This document shows, piece after piece, positions 1 to 15,769 of a stretch of 64,000 nt of DNA. The notes under the pieces were generated by a model, which was not told where the DNA came from, did not search any database, and was given only the letters and a program-made list of their open reading frames with translations. Position 1 is the stretch's first letter; every line of letters starts with the position of its first letter. Source of the stretch: Eledone cirrhosa (lineage: Eukaryota); the NCBI GenBank assembly GCA_964016885.1, contig OZ024749.1, forward strand, positions 54,436,001-54,500,000, read 5' to 3'. The translations under genes and the position numbers were made by a program.

Positions 1-919
1 TGTTTTTATTACCTTCCTACTACTGTTATTGTTGTTACTGGAGTTGTTATAGTTGTTGTTGGTCATTCATTCTTCCCATGAACTGCACTATATAATGTGT
101 GTTTCTTTTTTTTTTATTCCATGTCATTTCTATCCTAAATAAGGAAGGTAACAACCTTACAATTTCAAACACAAAGGTAACAGAGAGCTCGATATTTCTC
201 ACACATACCAATGTTATGGATCACAATTCAAAAAATATTAATAGTCATTTTTCACGAGATGCACTCTATTTTCTGGTATCATCATCATCATTGGCATCAT
301 CATCATCGTCATCATTATCCCCTGACACGTTCACAAACAGACCTGTCAACTCTCTCTGGCGGGCGGGGGAGATCTTTCACCCACTCTGGGGTAGCTGAGA
401 GGTGTCTTCTCTTGTGAAAATGGGTATAGCTTTCATTGTGTAAAATCTCCCCATTTGCCTCATTTCTCCCCGTTTAGGGGTACTTTCTTTAATGGTACTT
501 CCCGTTGGGGTTTTTAGAGGTTAGCAAGTCTGCTACATCCACGGGCAGAAATGCACCTGCAAATGTTAGTTTACAAATTCAATTTGCATATACACACAAA
601 CATATATACATATACACACAAACATATATACATATACATACAAACATATATACACACGCTTATATACATATCCAATTAGGTTTTTAATTCAATTGCCATA
701 AATTACCAATTTCAGAATCTATTTCATAACAATTTATGTTATATTGATTGTAAAGTATTCTTTTGTCCGTCTGTCACACACAGACGCTACGATCTGATAA
801 AATGGTCCTAAAATATTTAGAACTCATGAAAAGCACAAATGTTGGGTTTAACTGTTCTAAATCTCCCACATGGCTTTCATCCCAGAAATCTATTAACGGG
901 GTGGAATAGCAATTTATCT

Positions 920-1076
920 ACATGTGTGTATGTGTGTGTGTACACGTCACATACACGAGAGAGAGTGAGTGTGAGAGTGTGAGTGTGAGTGTGAGTGTGA
1001 GTGTGTGTATGTGTGTGTGTGTGTGCGTGTGTGCGTGTGTCTGTGTCTGTGTGTCTGTGTGTGTACACGTCACATA

Positions 1077-1116
<40 letters not shown>

Positions 1117-1144
1117 TGAGTGTGAGTGTGAGTGTGTGAGTGTG

Positions 1145-1195
<51 letters not shown>

Positions 1196-1235
1196 GTGCG
1201 TGTGTCTGTGTCTGTGTGTCTGTGTGTGTGTGTTT
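920..1235. repeat. Compound (GT)n/(GA)n/(GTGAGT)n microsatellite with block duplication
   Basis: Direct reading; gtgtacacgtcacatacacgaga occurs twice. Confidence 0.9.
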
Positions 1236-2575
1236 CATGCTTCTGTTCAATATCAGTATTTTGCTTCTCTTTTTGGCTGGCTTCAGATATTGCAATCATG
1301 AATTGTAAGAGGATCGCAGCCTCGGTGGGGGGGGGGGGGGGGGTCCCGGGGTGTGCCTGCCTTGAACTTGGTGATATTTGGGGGTTTAGGGAACGTCTAG
1401 AGAGAGAGGGGAAGTGAGAGAGAACGTCTCTAAATTAGAAGGGGAGGGGGTTGGTTGAAATATGTCAGTGGGACATTCAGGTCAAACATCCTTCCTTGGG
1501 GCATTAAAATAGTGCAGCGGAATCTCTTCTGCCTGTGTATGCTCACCCGATGTGTGTGTGTGCGTACGTACGTGTGCGCGTGTGTGTGTGTGTACGTACG
1601 TGTGCGCGTGTGTGTGTACGTACGTGCATGCGTATGTTTTCTCTTAAAGCAAGTCACAGCTTTGACTCATAAAATTTAGGTCTGATTCTAATATCTTACA
1701 TATTTTAAAGATCAACAAGAAATGTGGAACAAAGAGAGAAGGAGGGAGAGAGAGAAGGAGGAGGATGTGTGTGGGTGCATGTTTGTGTGCGAGCGAGAGT
1801 ATGTGTGTGTGCGTGCGTGATAGAGTACGTGTGTGCATGTATGTGATAGCGAGAGAGAGATACTGAAATAGAGTGAGTGAGGGAGACTGAGTGTGAGTGA
1901 GAGAGAGTGTGTTTGTGTGATAGTGTGTGTGTGAGTGAGTGTGATTGTGTGATAGTGTATGTATGAGTGAGAGTGTGTGTGTGTTTGAGTGTAATTTCAT
2001 CGGGATTGGTTGACTTACCCGCAGAACGACTTTTAAGGGAAAGGTTGTTATTTTTTATTTTATTTTCAATAAATTGCAGCCGATCATGAATGAATTATTA
2101 AACCATTTGTGTTGGTAGTTTTATATCGTAAATGATTGAATAGACAACACTAGATCCGCCAGACACCATCGATTATGACTTGGTAGTAGATAGTATAGTG
2201 TAGGTACATAGCCTTGTAGTAAAGGTGTGGGAGTCAGGAATGCCGTGGGGTGAGCAAAACACTTCATTTCGTGATGCTCCAATATGCTCAGCTGAAAATG
2301 ACTAGCAGCAATAACAGGGTTTAACCCTGCGATGGACTGGCATACGCTCCAGGTGGGGAGTCACGCCACGGAAACTGCGATAAGCGTTAACCTAATGAGT
2401 CTCCTGACTCCAGACACACTTTTAGCTGTTCTTGCAGTCGTGAGCAAACACAGACAGCTTCTTGATTAGTGGCCTCGGTTTATAAACGGGGTTGCGATTT
2501 TTACCCATTTCTTAGACATAAAATAGAGGGGGGTGTTTACATTCGAGTATATACGCTAAATATATATATATATAT

Positions 2576-2791
2576 ATAGGAAAATGTATGACCCCGAAGG
2601 CAGAGCTCAAGCCGTTTCGACGGCTATTTCTGGAGTCCAGAAATAGCCGTCGAAACGGCTTGAGCTCTGCCGTCGGGGTCATACATTTTCCTATTACCCA
2701 CTCTACTACCCTAAGTTTTGAGTACTCTGGTACGTTATGGTCTATCTGGTTCCTTACCACAACTCCGTTATATATATATATATAACGGAGT

Positions 2792-2795
<4 letters not shown>
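2576..2795. mobile_element. Fold-back element at (TA)n: 59-bp-arm palindrome plus downstream body; Penelope-like terminus
   Basis: Inverted arms 2576-2634 and 2636-2694 with one mismatch. The downstream body recurs at about 47970-48060. A second palindrome at 2758-2795 spans a (TA)n tract. Confidence 0.65.
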
Positions 2796-2864
<69 letters not shown>

Positions 2865-3014
2865 TGGGCGTACATTCGTGTCAACAAATTTGCTCAAATA
2901 TCTGTGTTATCGAACACGGAAACCAACCACAGGGTGAACTTCTTCACCACTTAACTATGCCTAGTTTTATTTTATTTTCCTTCCCCACAAATATATTGTA
3001 AGATTAATATATAT

Positions 3015-3350
3015 AAGATCCCGTTAAGGGTGAAAGCAACGATTCTTTGCTTAAACTTTAATCTGTTATTTTAATAAATATATATTAATCTCAAATACAT
3101 TACATCTCACTAACTAACTAACTAACTATATATATAGTAATAATAATAAATTTGAAGACTAAAATCCAAAGAGGGCTCGATAAGGATAAATATATAAATA
3201 TATAAGAACCGTAGAGCAAATATTTATTAAAATAACAGATTAAAGTTTAAGCAAAGAATCGCTGCTTTCGCCCTTAACGGGATCTTCTGAAACTAACAAA
3301 GTCAATCTGTAAACGCAGAAGTGGATATTTCAAAAAACGTTGCAACAGTG
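3015..3350. mobile_element. Fold-back element with 67-bp inverted arms; second copy at about 34303-34471
   Basis: Arms 3015-3081 and 3220-3286 with 2 mismatches. Body taataataaat.tgaagactaaaatccaaagagggctcgataagg is shared with 34306-34459. Confidence 0.7.
3244..3294 (-). ncRNA. Type-I hammerhead-like fold with a CAGAAGA core variant
   Basis: AGTTT-CAGAAGA-TCCCGTTAAGGGC-GAAA-GCA-GCGATTCTT-TGC-TT-AAACT; all three stems pair. Confidence 0.55.
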
Positions 3351-3827
3351 ATATATATATTAGTTACAACAGTGATATATATTTAGTTTTATATTATCAA
3401 TAACACTGATTTGTTCGAGTTCAGGCGATATCGAATTACTCAGACAATACTGTGAAATCTTTCCATGTTAGAATCTTTTCGATGTTTGTTCCGCATCTTT
3501 GCGTTCTGAGTTCAAACCTAGCTGTGGTCTACATGGGTGGTAAATTTAACCCGTCCCCTCGTTTTCCACCACCACCTGGTCATTGAGTGCCTTTAGCCGA
3601 CTGTTGCTAATATTCGGGTCAGGTCTCCGCTTTAAAGATATTTTCCTCCCTCTTGTTCTAGGGGACCTATCGAAAGCCAATCAATTCTTAAACTGGAGAG
3701 AGAGATAATCGACCCCAGTGTCAGATTGCTACTTTATCGACCTCGAAAGGATGAAAAGACAAATTCGATGTGGACGGGGTTTGTACTCAAAGCGCAGAAA
3801 GCATTGTAGCCGACGTTGCTTTAGGTA

Positions 3828-3856
3828 ACCCGGGCAAGGACAGGTACAACTGCTAG
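3828..3856 (+). mobile_element. Helitron-like 3' terminus
   Basis: Degenerate GC hairpin acccgggcaaggacaggt followed by CTAG|T. Confidence 0.5.
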
Positions 3857-4377
3857 TATTACATATATGAGACTACCGTATTTAATCTCCAGAACATTGT
3901 CCTGAAGTGTGTTACTTCAGTAATATTGTTGATATTCATAAATTTAAAAAGAAAATCTATTTGACGTTCATATATCTTCGCTATCAAAAAAGTGTTAAAA
4001 AATATAAATTTCTATTGTACACACTTCGGAATTTATGACAGGTAACTATCGATATGTTTACATTTAGTGAAATAATCTGATTGGGTTTAAATATAGGCAA
4101 AAATACACAAAGCAAGTAACACCAACGTGAGCCAGGTTTTTTGTTGTTTTTCTTCACTAAACTATCTTTGCCTTGGTGAACACTTATTTAACAGAATGGC
4201 TCATCTGACTAAAAAAGTGTGGTGCGTGTGGGTGGGTGTGTGTGTGTGTGAATAAATAAAATAAACATGTGGGTGAAGACAGGAGAATGAAGGAATATTC
4301 GTTCATTTTCGTTTCTTCGCCCAAATTTTTTTATTCGTATGTTTTTAACCACACGGGAATCTTTTTTTAATTGATAT

Positions 4378-4429
<52 letters not shown>

Positions 4430-4789
4430 AAATGGGTGAGGTGTTAAATTTATTGAGGAGTCACGCGCGTTTCGCGATTGATCAGCTCAAGGTTCCATCT
4501 GTATTGATCGGGGCCAACTCTGGAATCAAAAGCTCATCGGACTTCTGTTATGACAATGACAGAATGATTCCCCCTCTCTGTCTGTGTGTGTCTGTGTGTG
4601 TGTGTGTTGTGGGCATATATCTACGTTCTCGTCGCCTGAACGGTTAAACGAACATAAGTGAGAATGGGTCGCAAGTAACGGATGGCGGTACGGCCCCCTG
4701 ATGTGATGGTTAGTTGGGATATAAGCGGGTACCTGCCGGACGAATAAATAACCCTGGACCAACAGCAGTAAACTACTAGGGAGAGATGG

Positions 4790-4948
4790 AGCAATGAGAG
4801 GGGAGTCCATCCGGTACTTTGTTCCGGGGCCCAAAAGCTAAGAAGGTCCACAGCAACCACGCAACATCCATTTTGAGAAAAATCTTTGCCTGTTTGGGGT
4901 CCCAAAGGGGTCCTGTACCGCCTGCAAAATTTCTGTTAGAGGCCCTGC
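4790..4948 (+). mobile_element. About 170-bp MITE, hAT-like CAGGG/CCCTG ends (family copy 1)
   Basis: Homologous to 38311-38480 (+) and 18717-18883 (-); shared core catccattttgagaaaaatctttgcc. Confidence 0.65.
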
Positions 4949-6503
4949 TAATGAGTGACTCCTTTAGCTCCCAAGAAAACTCTCACAACACCGTGATGTA
5001 GCTATGACGAGGCGAGTAAAAGTCACCTCTTTTTTCCGTCCAGGGCCCGTTATGTCCAACTTGTTAGAGATCTGCTCAACGTTTCTAAAAACAGATCAAC
5101 TATAACAATTTTTGATAACTGTAAATATCTTAATAAAATCGAGTAAGGTCCACCTAGAGACGGTAAAAAAGGGAACAGAAATATCTGCGGTGAATCGAAC
5201 CATAAATCCCTCGGGAACCCATTGACGTAATTCGAGAGGTACGTTGTTCGATTCTCCGATTTTATTCAACTTATATCTATAGTTATCTGCGATGTGGCGA
5301 CTATATTTTCAAATTTCCCAATGCTTCATAAGACAACTAAGTCGTGTATGTGTGTGTTATATGCATGCGTCTCTCTATAAGTGTATACATATATGTATAT
5401 CAAGTGTAGGAGAAATAGGAAGGTGTGTGTTATATAATTGTTTGGGTGTATGCGTACATTCTGGTTTCTGTAAATAATACAAAAAAAATATATTTTTTAT
5501 TTCAAAACATATTAATGATTATGTACTGGAGCTGTTTTTTGTATGTTTAGGTCAACTCAACCATATTTAGGTTAATAATAGAAATGTGTCACAAACTCCA
5601 CAATAGAATTCTACTGTTGTGAAGGAAAGAAATATATTTTGTATAGAAGGGACTGTCCCAGGACAACATTGTTTAAATGTCTACCTATTCTGACACCTCC
5701 AAAGTATTTTAAAAATTATTAATGCACTGGGTAATTGCTGGCCTTGTGCCTAAAATAGAAACAATTATTATTATTATTATAAAAAATAAGCCCACGCGAA
5801 CTTGGTTTCGAACTGTGTGTGTCACTGGCCATTGTCCACACAAATACCTTTACAGTTTTGTCCGTGGTGCGCAGCTGACACACCGCCCTAGCCATAGAGC
5901 CTGTCCCCACTCTCCTCTTCTGTGGCCTAATAATCCTGGCTTTTTCCCTCCTTTTCCTCATTTATGGCATTTATAGTCCTTTCCTCTACTTTCCCATACC
6001 ACCAGGTCTGTCCTTTACCCCTTCCCCCTTTTTTTCATTACTTAATTTTGTTTTTAGCTTTTTTTCATATTTCCATCATTGTAGAACTTCTGTAAAATAT
6101 AGTTGACTGTTTCTGTAGAACAGATGAAATAAAAGTTTCATCGGTTTTTTTTTTAAACATTAATATTATAAAGAATGATATGCTGATGTAGAGAGATGAT
6201 ATAAAATAGAGTGAAGACCCTAAAAAGACGGGGAAAGAAGTTGCCATCGGCTGATATGAGGAATTGAACCCCGTATCTCCCAGATTCTGGCAAGAAACCA
6301 GTTTACTTGATTGGTCTGGAGAACAGACTCCATTAAAAATGTATCAGAAATATATACACATGCATACACACACACAGTTTAACAAAAGAACATATTTCTA
6401 CTATTGTTCTACCAACAAGTATTTTCATATAACCGTGCGTGCGTATAAAAGGTAAACAGAAATAACACAATTGGTACAGTATATGGAAGGGATATAATAG
6501 GTT

Positions 6504-6579
6504 AGGGTGTCTCCAAAAAATATATACACACTTCAACAGCATTCTAATCAAAGTGTGTATACATTTTGGGGGACGCCCT
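6504..6579. mobile_element. Tc1/mariner-like hairpin MITE
   Basis: TIR agggtgtctccaaaaaatatatacacactt / aagtgtgtatacattttgggggacgccct; related copy at 62137-62236. Confidence 0.6.
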
Positions 6580-6859
6580 TGAAAGTATCAAACAAGGCGT
6601 GAAGCCAATTTAGTGTAAGGGACTTTGAAGGAGAAATTAAGATGAAAGGAATGAGTTGATTTTAGACCTGAAAGAGTTCATTCAGGACGTGGAAAGACGG
6701 GCGTTAAACGGTGTGTGTGTGTGTGACCCGTGTTCAATCGGGGGTGACCACAGTAAATAAGGTACTCAATACATTAGTAGAGTGTATACAATTTCTATAT
6801 TAAGTTTATATATATATATTCCATCTCATATATATCATACATATACAGGCATACATACG

Positions 6860-7321
6860 TATATACCTATTATATATATATATACATACATACATATATA
6901 CCTATTATATATATATACATACATACATATATACCTATTATATATATATATATATACATATATATATACCTATTATATATATATATATACATATATATAT
7001 ACCTATTATATATATATATATACATATATATATATACCTATTATATATATATATATACATATATATATATACCTATTATATATATATATATACATATATA
7101 TATATACCTATTATATATATATATATACATATATATATATACCTATTATATATATATATATACATATATATATATACCTATTATATATATATATATACAT
7201 ATATATATATACCTATTATATATATATATATACATATATATATATACCTATTATATATATATATATACATATATATATATACCTATTATATATATATATA
7301 TACATATATATATATACCTAT

Positions 7322-7353
<32 letters not shown>

Positions 7354-7552
7354 CCTATTATATATATATATATACATATATATATATACCTATTATATAT
7401 ATATATATACATATATATATATACCTATTATATATATATATATACATATATATATATACCTATTATATATATATATATACATATATATATATACCTATTA
7501 TATATATATATACATATATACCTATTATATATATATATACATATATACCTAT

Positions 7553-7584
<32 letters not shown>

Positions 7585-7626
7585 CCTATTATATATATAT
7601 ATACCTATATATATATACCTATTATA

Positions 7627-7658
<32 letters not shown>

Positions 7659-7760
7659 CCTATTATATATATATATACATATATATATATACCTATTATA
7701 TATATATATACATATATATATATACCTATTATATATATATATATATATACATACCTATTA

Positions 7761-7792
<32 letters not shown>

Positions 7793-7799
7793 CCTATTA

Positions 7800-7831
<32 letters not shown>

Positions 7832-7838
7832 CCTATTA

Positions 7839-7870
<32 letters not shown>

Positions 7871-7877
7871 CCTATTA

Positions 7878-7909
<32 letters not shown>

Positions 7910-7916
7910 CCTATTA

Positions 7917-7948
<32 letters not shown>

Positions 7949-7955
7949 CCTATTA

Positions 7956-7987
<32 letters not shown>

Positions 7988-8055
7988 CCTATTATATATA
8001 TATATATACCTATTATATATATATATATACCTATTATATATATATATATACCTAT

Positions 8056-8095
<40 letters not shown>

Positions 8096-8100
8096 CCTAT

Positions 8101-8132
<32 letters not shown>

Positions 8133-8137
8133 CCTAT

Positions 8138-8169
<32 letters not shown>

Positions 8170-8174
8170 CCTAT

Positions 8175-8206
<32 letters not shown>

Positions 8207-8244
8207 CCTATTATATATATATATACATATATATATATACCTAT

Positions 8245-8276
<32 letters not shown>

Positions 8277-8283
8277 CCTATTA

Positions 8284-8315
<32 letters not shown>

Positions 8316-8322
8316 CCTATTA

Positions 8323-8354
<32 letters not shown>

Positions 8355-8361
8355 CCTATTA

Positions 8362-8393
<32 letters not shown>

Positions 8394-8400
8394 CCTATTA

Positions 8401-8432
<32 letters not shown>

Positions 8433-9543
8433 CCTATTATATATATATATATACATATATATATATACCTATTATATATATATATATACATATATATATA
8501 TACCTATTATATATATATATATACATATATATATATACCTATTATATATATATATATACATATATATATATACCTATTATATATATATATATACATATAT
8601 ATATATACCTATTATATATATATATATACATATATATATATCTATTATATATATATATATACATATATATATATCTATTATATATATATATATACATATA
8701 TATATATCTATTATATATATTTATATACATATATATATATCTATTATATATATATATATACATATATATATATACCTATTATATATATATATATTATACA
8801 TATATATATATACCTATTATATATATATATATTATACATATATATATATACCTATTATATATATATATATTATACATATATATATATACCTATTATATAT
8901 ATATTATACATATATATATTATACATATATATATTATACATATATATATTATACATATATATATATTATACATATATATATAGTATACATATATATATAT
9001 TATACATATATATATATTATACATATATATATATTATACATATATATATATTATACATATATATATATTATACATATATATATATTATACATATATATAT
9101 ATTATACATATATATATATTATACATATATATATATTATACATATATATATTATACATATATATATTATACATATATATATTATACATATATATATTATA
9201 CATATATATATTATACATATATATATTATACATATATATATTATACATATATATATTATACATATATATATTATACATATATATATTATACATATATATA
9301 TTATACATATATATATTATACATATATATATTATACATATATATATTATACATATATATATTATACATATATATATTATACATATATATATTATACATAT
9401 ATATATTATACATACATATATTATATATACATATATACCTATTATATATACATATATACCTATTATATATATATATATACCTATTATATATATATATATA
9501 TATATATATACCTATTATATATATATATATATATATATATACC

Positions 9544-9610
<67 letters not shown>

Positions 9611-9634
9611 ATTATATATATATATATATATACC

Positions 9635-9668
<34 letters not shown>

Positions 9669-10283
9669 ATTATATATATATATATATATACCTATTATAT
9701 ATATATATATATATACCTATTATATATATATATATATATACCTACCTATTATATATATATATATATATACCTATTATATATATATATATATATACCTATT
9801 ATATATATATATATATATACCTATTATATATATATATATATATACCTATTATATATATATATATATATACCTATTATATATATATATATATATACCTATT
9901 ATATATATATATATATATACCTATTATATATATATATATATACCTATTATATATATATATATATACCTATTATATATATATATATATACCTATTATATAT
10001 ATATATATATACCTATTATATATATATATATATACTATTATATATATATATATACCTATTATATATATATATACCTATTATATATATATATATACCTATT
10101 ATATATATATATATATATATATATACCTATTATATATATATATATATACCTATTATATATATATATACCTATTATATATATACCTATTATATATATACCT
10201 ATTATATATATAGCTATTATATATATACCTATTATATATATACCTATTATATATATACCTATTATATATATACCTATTATATA

Positions 10284-10322
<39 letters not shown>

Positions 10323-10323
10323 T

Positions 10324-10359
<36 letters not shown>

Positions 10360-10445
10360 CATACATATATATATATATATATATTATACATACATATATA
10401 TATATATATATATTATACATACATATATATATATATATATATATT

Positions 10446-10481
<36 letters not shown>

Positions 10482-10509
10482 CATACATATATATATATAT
10501 ATATATATT

Positions 10510-10545
<36 letters not shown>

Positions 10546-10727
10546 CATACATATATATATATATATTATACATACATATATATATATATATTATACATAC
10601 ATATATATATATATATTATACATACATATATATATATATATTATACATACATATATATATATATATTATACATACATATATATATATATATATATTATAC
10701 ATATATATATATATATATATATTATAC

Positions 10728-10760
<33 letters not shown>

Positions 10761-11304
10761 ATATATATATATTATACATATATATATATATATATATTAT
10801 ACATACATATATATATATATATATATTATACATACATATATATATATATATATATTATACATACATATATATATATATATATATTATACATACATATATA
10901 TATATATATATTATACATACATATATATATATATTATACATACATATATATATATATATATATTATACATACATATATATATATATATATATTATACATA
11001 CATATATATATATATATATATTATACATACATATATATATATATATATATTATACATACATATATATATATATATATTATACATACATATATATATATAT
11101 ATATATTATACATACATATATATATATTATACATACATATATATATATATATATATTATACATACATATATATATATATATATATTATACATACATATAT
11201 ATATATATATATATTATACATACATATATATATATATATATATATTATACATACATATATATATATATATATATTATACATACATATATATATATATATA
11301 TATT

Positions 11305-11338
<34 letters not shown>

Positions 11339-12000
11339 TATACATACATATATATATATATATATATATTATACATACATATATATATATATATATTATA
11401 CATACATATATATATATATTATACATACATATATATATATATTATACATACATATATATATATATTATACATACATATATATATATATTATACATACATA
11501 TATATATATATTATACATACATATATATATATATTATACATACATATATATATATATTATACATACATATATATATATATTATACATACATATATATATA
11601 TATTATACATACATATATATATATATTATACATACATATATATATATATTATACATACTTATATATATATATTATACATACATATATATATATATTATAC
11701 ATACATATATATATATATTATACATACATATATATATATATTATACATACATATATATATATATTATACATACATATATATATATATTATACATACATAT
11801 ATATATATATTATACATACATATATATATATTATACATACATATATATATATTATACATACATATATATATATTATACATACATATATATATATTATACA
11901 TACATATATATATATTATACATACATATATATATATTATACATACATATATATATATTATACATACATATATATATATTATACATACATATATATATATT

Positions 12001-12044
<44 letters not shown>

Positions 12045-13395
12045 CATACATATATATATATATTATATATATATATATATATATATTATACATACATATA
12101 TATATATATTATACATACATATATATATATATTATACATACATATATATATATTATACATACATATATATATATATTATACATACATATATATATATATT
12201 ATACATACATATATATATATATATTATACATACATATATATATATATTATACATACATATATATATATATATTATACATACATATATATATATATATATT
12301 ATACATACATATATATATATATTATACATACATATATATATATATTATACATACATATATATATATATTATACATACATATATATATATATTATACATAC
12401 ATATATATATATATTATACATACATATATATATATATTATACATACATATATATATATATTATACATACATATATATATATATTATACATACATATATAT
12501 ATATATTATACATACATATATATATATATTATACATACATATATATATATATTATACATACATATATATATATATTATACATACATATATATATATATTA
12601 TACATACATATATATATATATTATACATACATATATATATATTATACATACATATATATATATATTATACATACATATATATATATATTATACATACATA
12701 TATATATATATTATACATACATATATATATATATTATACATACATATATATATATATTATACATACATATATATATATATTATACATACATATATATATA
12801 TATTATACATACATATATATATATATTATACATACATATATATATATATTATACATACATATATATATATATTATACATACATATATATATATATTATAC
12901 ATACATATATATATATATTATACATACATATATATATATATTATACATACATATATATATATATTATACATACATATATATATTATACATACATATATAT
13001 ATATATTATACATACATATATATATATATTATACATACATATATATATATATTATACATACATATATATATATATTATACATACATATATATATATATTA
13101 TACATACATATATATATATATATTATACATACATATATATATATATATTATACATACATATATATATATATTATACATACATATATATATTATATATATA
13201 TATATTATATATATATATATTATACATACATATATTATACATACATATATATATATATTATACATACATATATATATATATTATACATACATATATATAT
13301 ATATTATACATACATATATATATATATTATACATACATATATATATATATACATATATATTATACATACATATATATTATACATACATATATATT

Positions 13396-13426
<31 letters not shown>

Positions 13427-13480
13427 CATACATATATATATATATTATACATATATATATATATTATACATACATATACA
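6860..13480. repeat. About 6.6 kb TA-based compound micro/minisatellite
   Basis: Units (TA)n-CCTATT, TTATACA(TA)n and TTATACATACA(TA)n in successive domains. Confidence 0.97.
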
Positions 13481-15769
13481 CCTACGTGCGGTTGGATGGG
13501 GGAGATATCACTTTCTGATTAGTTTCGCTTTTCTTTTTATTGCCACCTACTCTGTTTAGTTTTCTCATTAAAAATAAACAACATATGAACCACTGCAATT
13601 GTCTGATAATAGATTTAATATAGGCAACAATCCCTCTGAAGTGATTTGGTTTTCATCTTTGTTGCCAGTCATAGAGTGTTGATCAGACCTTTTGTTAAAC
13701 CATTACAATCATCCATCGACTTGAGAACTTGTTTTTCAAAAGATCTCACGTTGCCCGTTGTCCTTGAACTAAAATCATTTAAACACCTGAGTGGACGAAG
13801 GTATGGAGGGGTGGTTTTAAAGTTCGCTTCACAATCCAGAGAGTTCCGGTTAGATTTCAATATTCTTGCGTTTTAAGGGACTTTTACCGTATCCCCGAGT
13901 TAATTCAAGTCTTGCGAATAAAATTGTGTAGACGGAAACTGTTCAGATACCCGTCGAATAAAGTGTCTGTAATTCAAATGCTCGGCCTTGTCACGCTGAA
14001 TCTCCCTGGGAATTACGTTACGGGTCCACGTGTCTGTGAAATACTGTCCACGGAAATCCAATTACTTCGTTACAACCTCATGTCTGCCTACATCGGAATG
14101 TAGCCATTGTAGAATGATTAAGAGGTTCACTACACAAACCTGGGTTTCTTGGTCCGATCCTATTACATGTCTAATAATTGTTACTTCCAATCCTGAATTG
14201 ACCAAACAGTTCTGAAAAATTAAAGACGTTCCAACCGTGGCAATCCCGTCTATTTATATATTTGTAACTACATGGATATTGTCAGTTTGTTTAAAAGCTG
14301 GTATTGTGGTTTTAGGGAGACTTCGTTTCTATTTCTAGCCTGTTTTTCTGTCCTGTTATTATTTGCTCCTCTTCTTCACTCCATTTATTTTCTTTCTTCT
14401 CTTTTATTTCCCCTCTTCACCCCCTTCCCCATTAATGTTCCTCTTCATCGTTTCTTTATCCGCTATATTTATATTTCTCTCAAATTTGCTGACAATTGCT
14501 CTTATTTTCTTCATTAATTACTTCAAGACTTGTTGATTACCTTTCACGACTTTATTGGTTTAAACAGAAATATAACAAAAAATTAAAAAATTCCAGACAA
14601 ACACTGACTTCTGCCAAAACAAACAAACTGTCAATTTTTGACTTGCAATACTAATAAAACGAAAACCGTCCAAATTTGGGCATAGCGGGTTTATTGGGGA
14701 AGGGGGATGACATAAGAGGAAGATATTACCTTATTTGCAGAAGTTTCAAGTAAAAGAATAAAATAAAATAAATAAATGAAAACGTCAGCAAAGGTAGAAA
14801 ACTATTTCTACATCCAGGTGGTGCAGTTAAGTTAGACATGACCTGAGGGCCAATACTAGCTTAAAACTTTTTAAGTTTAAATTTATAACTAACAACGAAA
14901 ATATTTCGTCTTGTAGTTGTTTGACAAGAGTCGAGATTTGATAGAGTTTTGAAACATGCAATTACGTCGCGGAGTCATCCATTAAAAACTAACTACACAC
15001 AGACACACCATCACAAAGACTGTTAAATTTACATTATATTCATCATATATTTCATGAGTATTGTATATATATGATATAATAGTATATTAAATATCAAATG
15101 GTACATATTATATATAAATATAGTAAAATAAAAGAATATATATTATTTATTTATACTTTGCTACCTAGTCGCAAAGTGATTATTTTTTTATTTATTTTAA
15201 CAGATATTTATATTTAAACATTTTAATTTAGATATATCGAGATGAAATAAAGAAATATAACATATTTCGCATTCTATTTTTTTTCTTTTCTTTTTTTTTT
15301 TTGTAAATTGCTTCAAATTGAAAATGCAGAAAAAATATAACTTAAAAAACTATTGTTTACCGTAATTCCATCTGAAGAACATGGTTTGTCAAGCCGTTCA
15401 ACCAATAAACTGACTTTTTTAAAAGTCTTATATTATTTTTTTGTATTAATCCATAAAGCACAAAGTTGTGTCAATACACTGAGAAATACTGTCCAGTTGT
15501 TATAGAACGGAGAGGGGACATTGGGAAATATAATCCTCCATCTTACAGTATGTTTTATGACGAGAGTGTCGTGGCTGAAATACCGCTAATGTATTCTCTA
15601 TCATGGATAATACAGCAAATACCGTAAAGCTATGTTAAACTTTCGGTTTGACGCCATTTTACTTTATGGTCATACTGAAATACTGCCAATTATGTCTTCT
15701 CAATTGTGATTGGTACATTGCAAAACAACAAGGGAGGTAATACAGCAAACGCCGTAAAGCTACCGTATC

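Noticed and set aside
877-2000. HT/VC-rich ORFs on both strands
   Set aside because: (GT)n/(GA)n microsatellite translations.
6782-13559. 733-aa and 1813-aa ORFs (Y/I/H/T-rich)
   Set aside because: Translations of a TA-based repeat that happens to lack stops; no splice or codon evidence.
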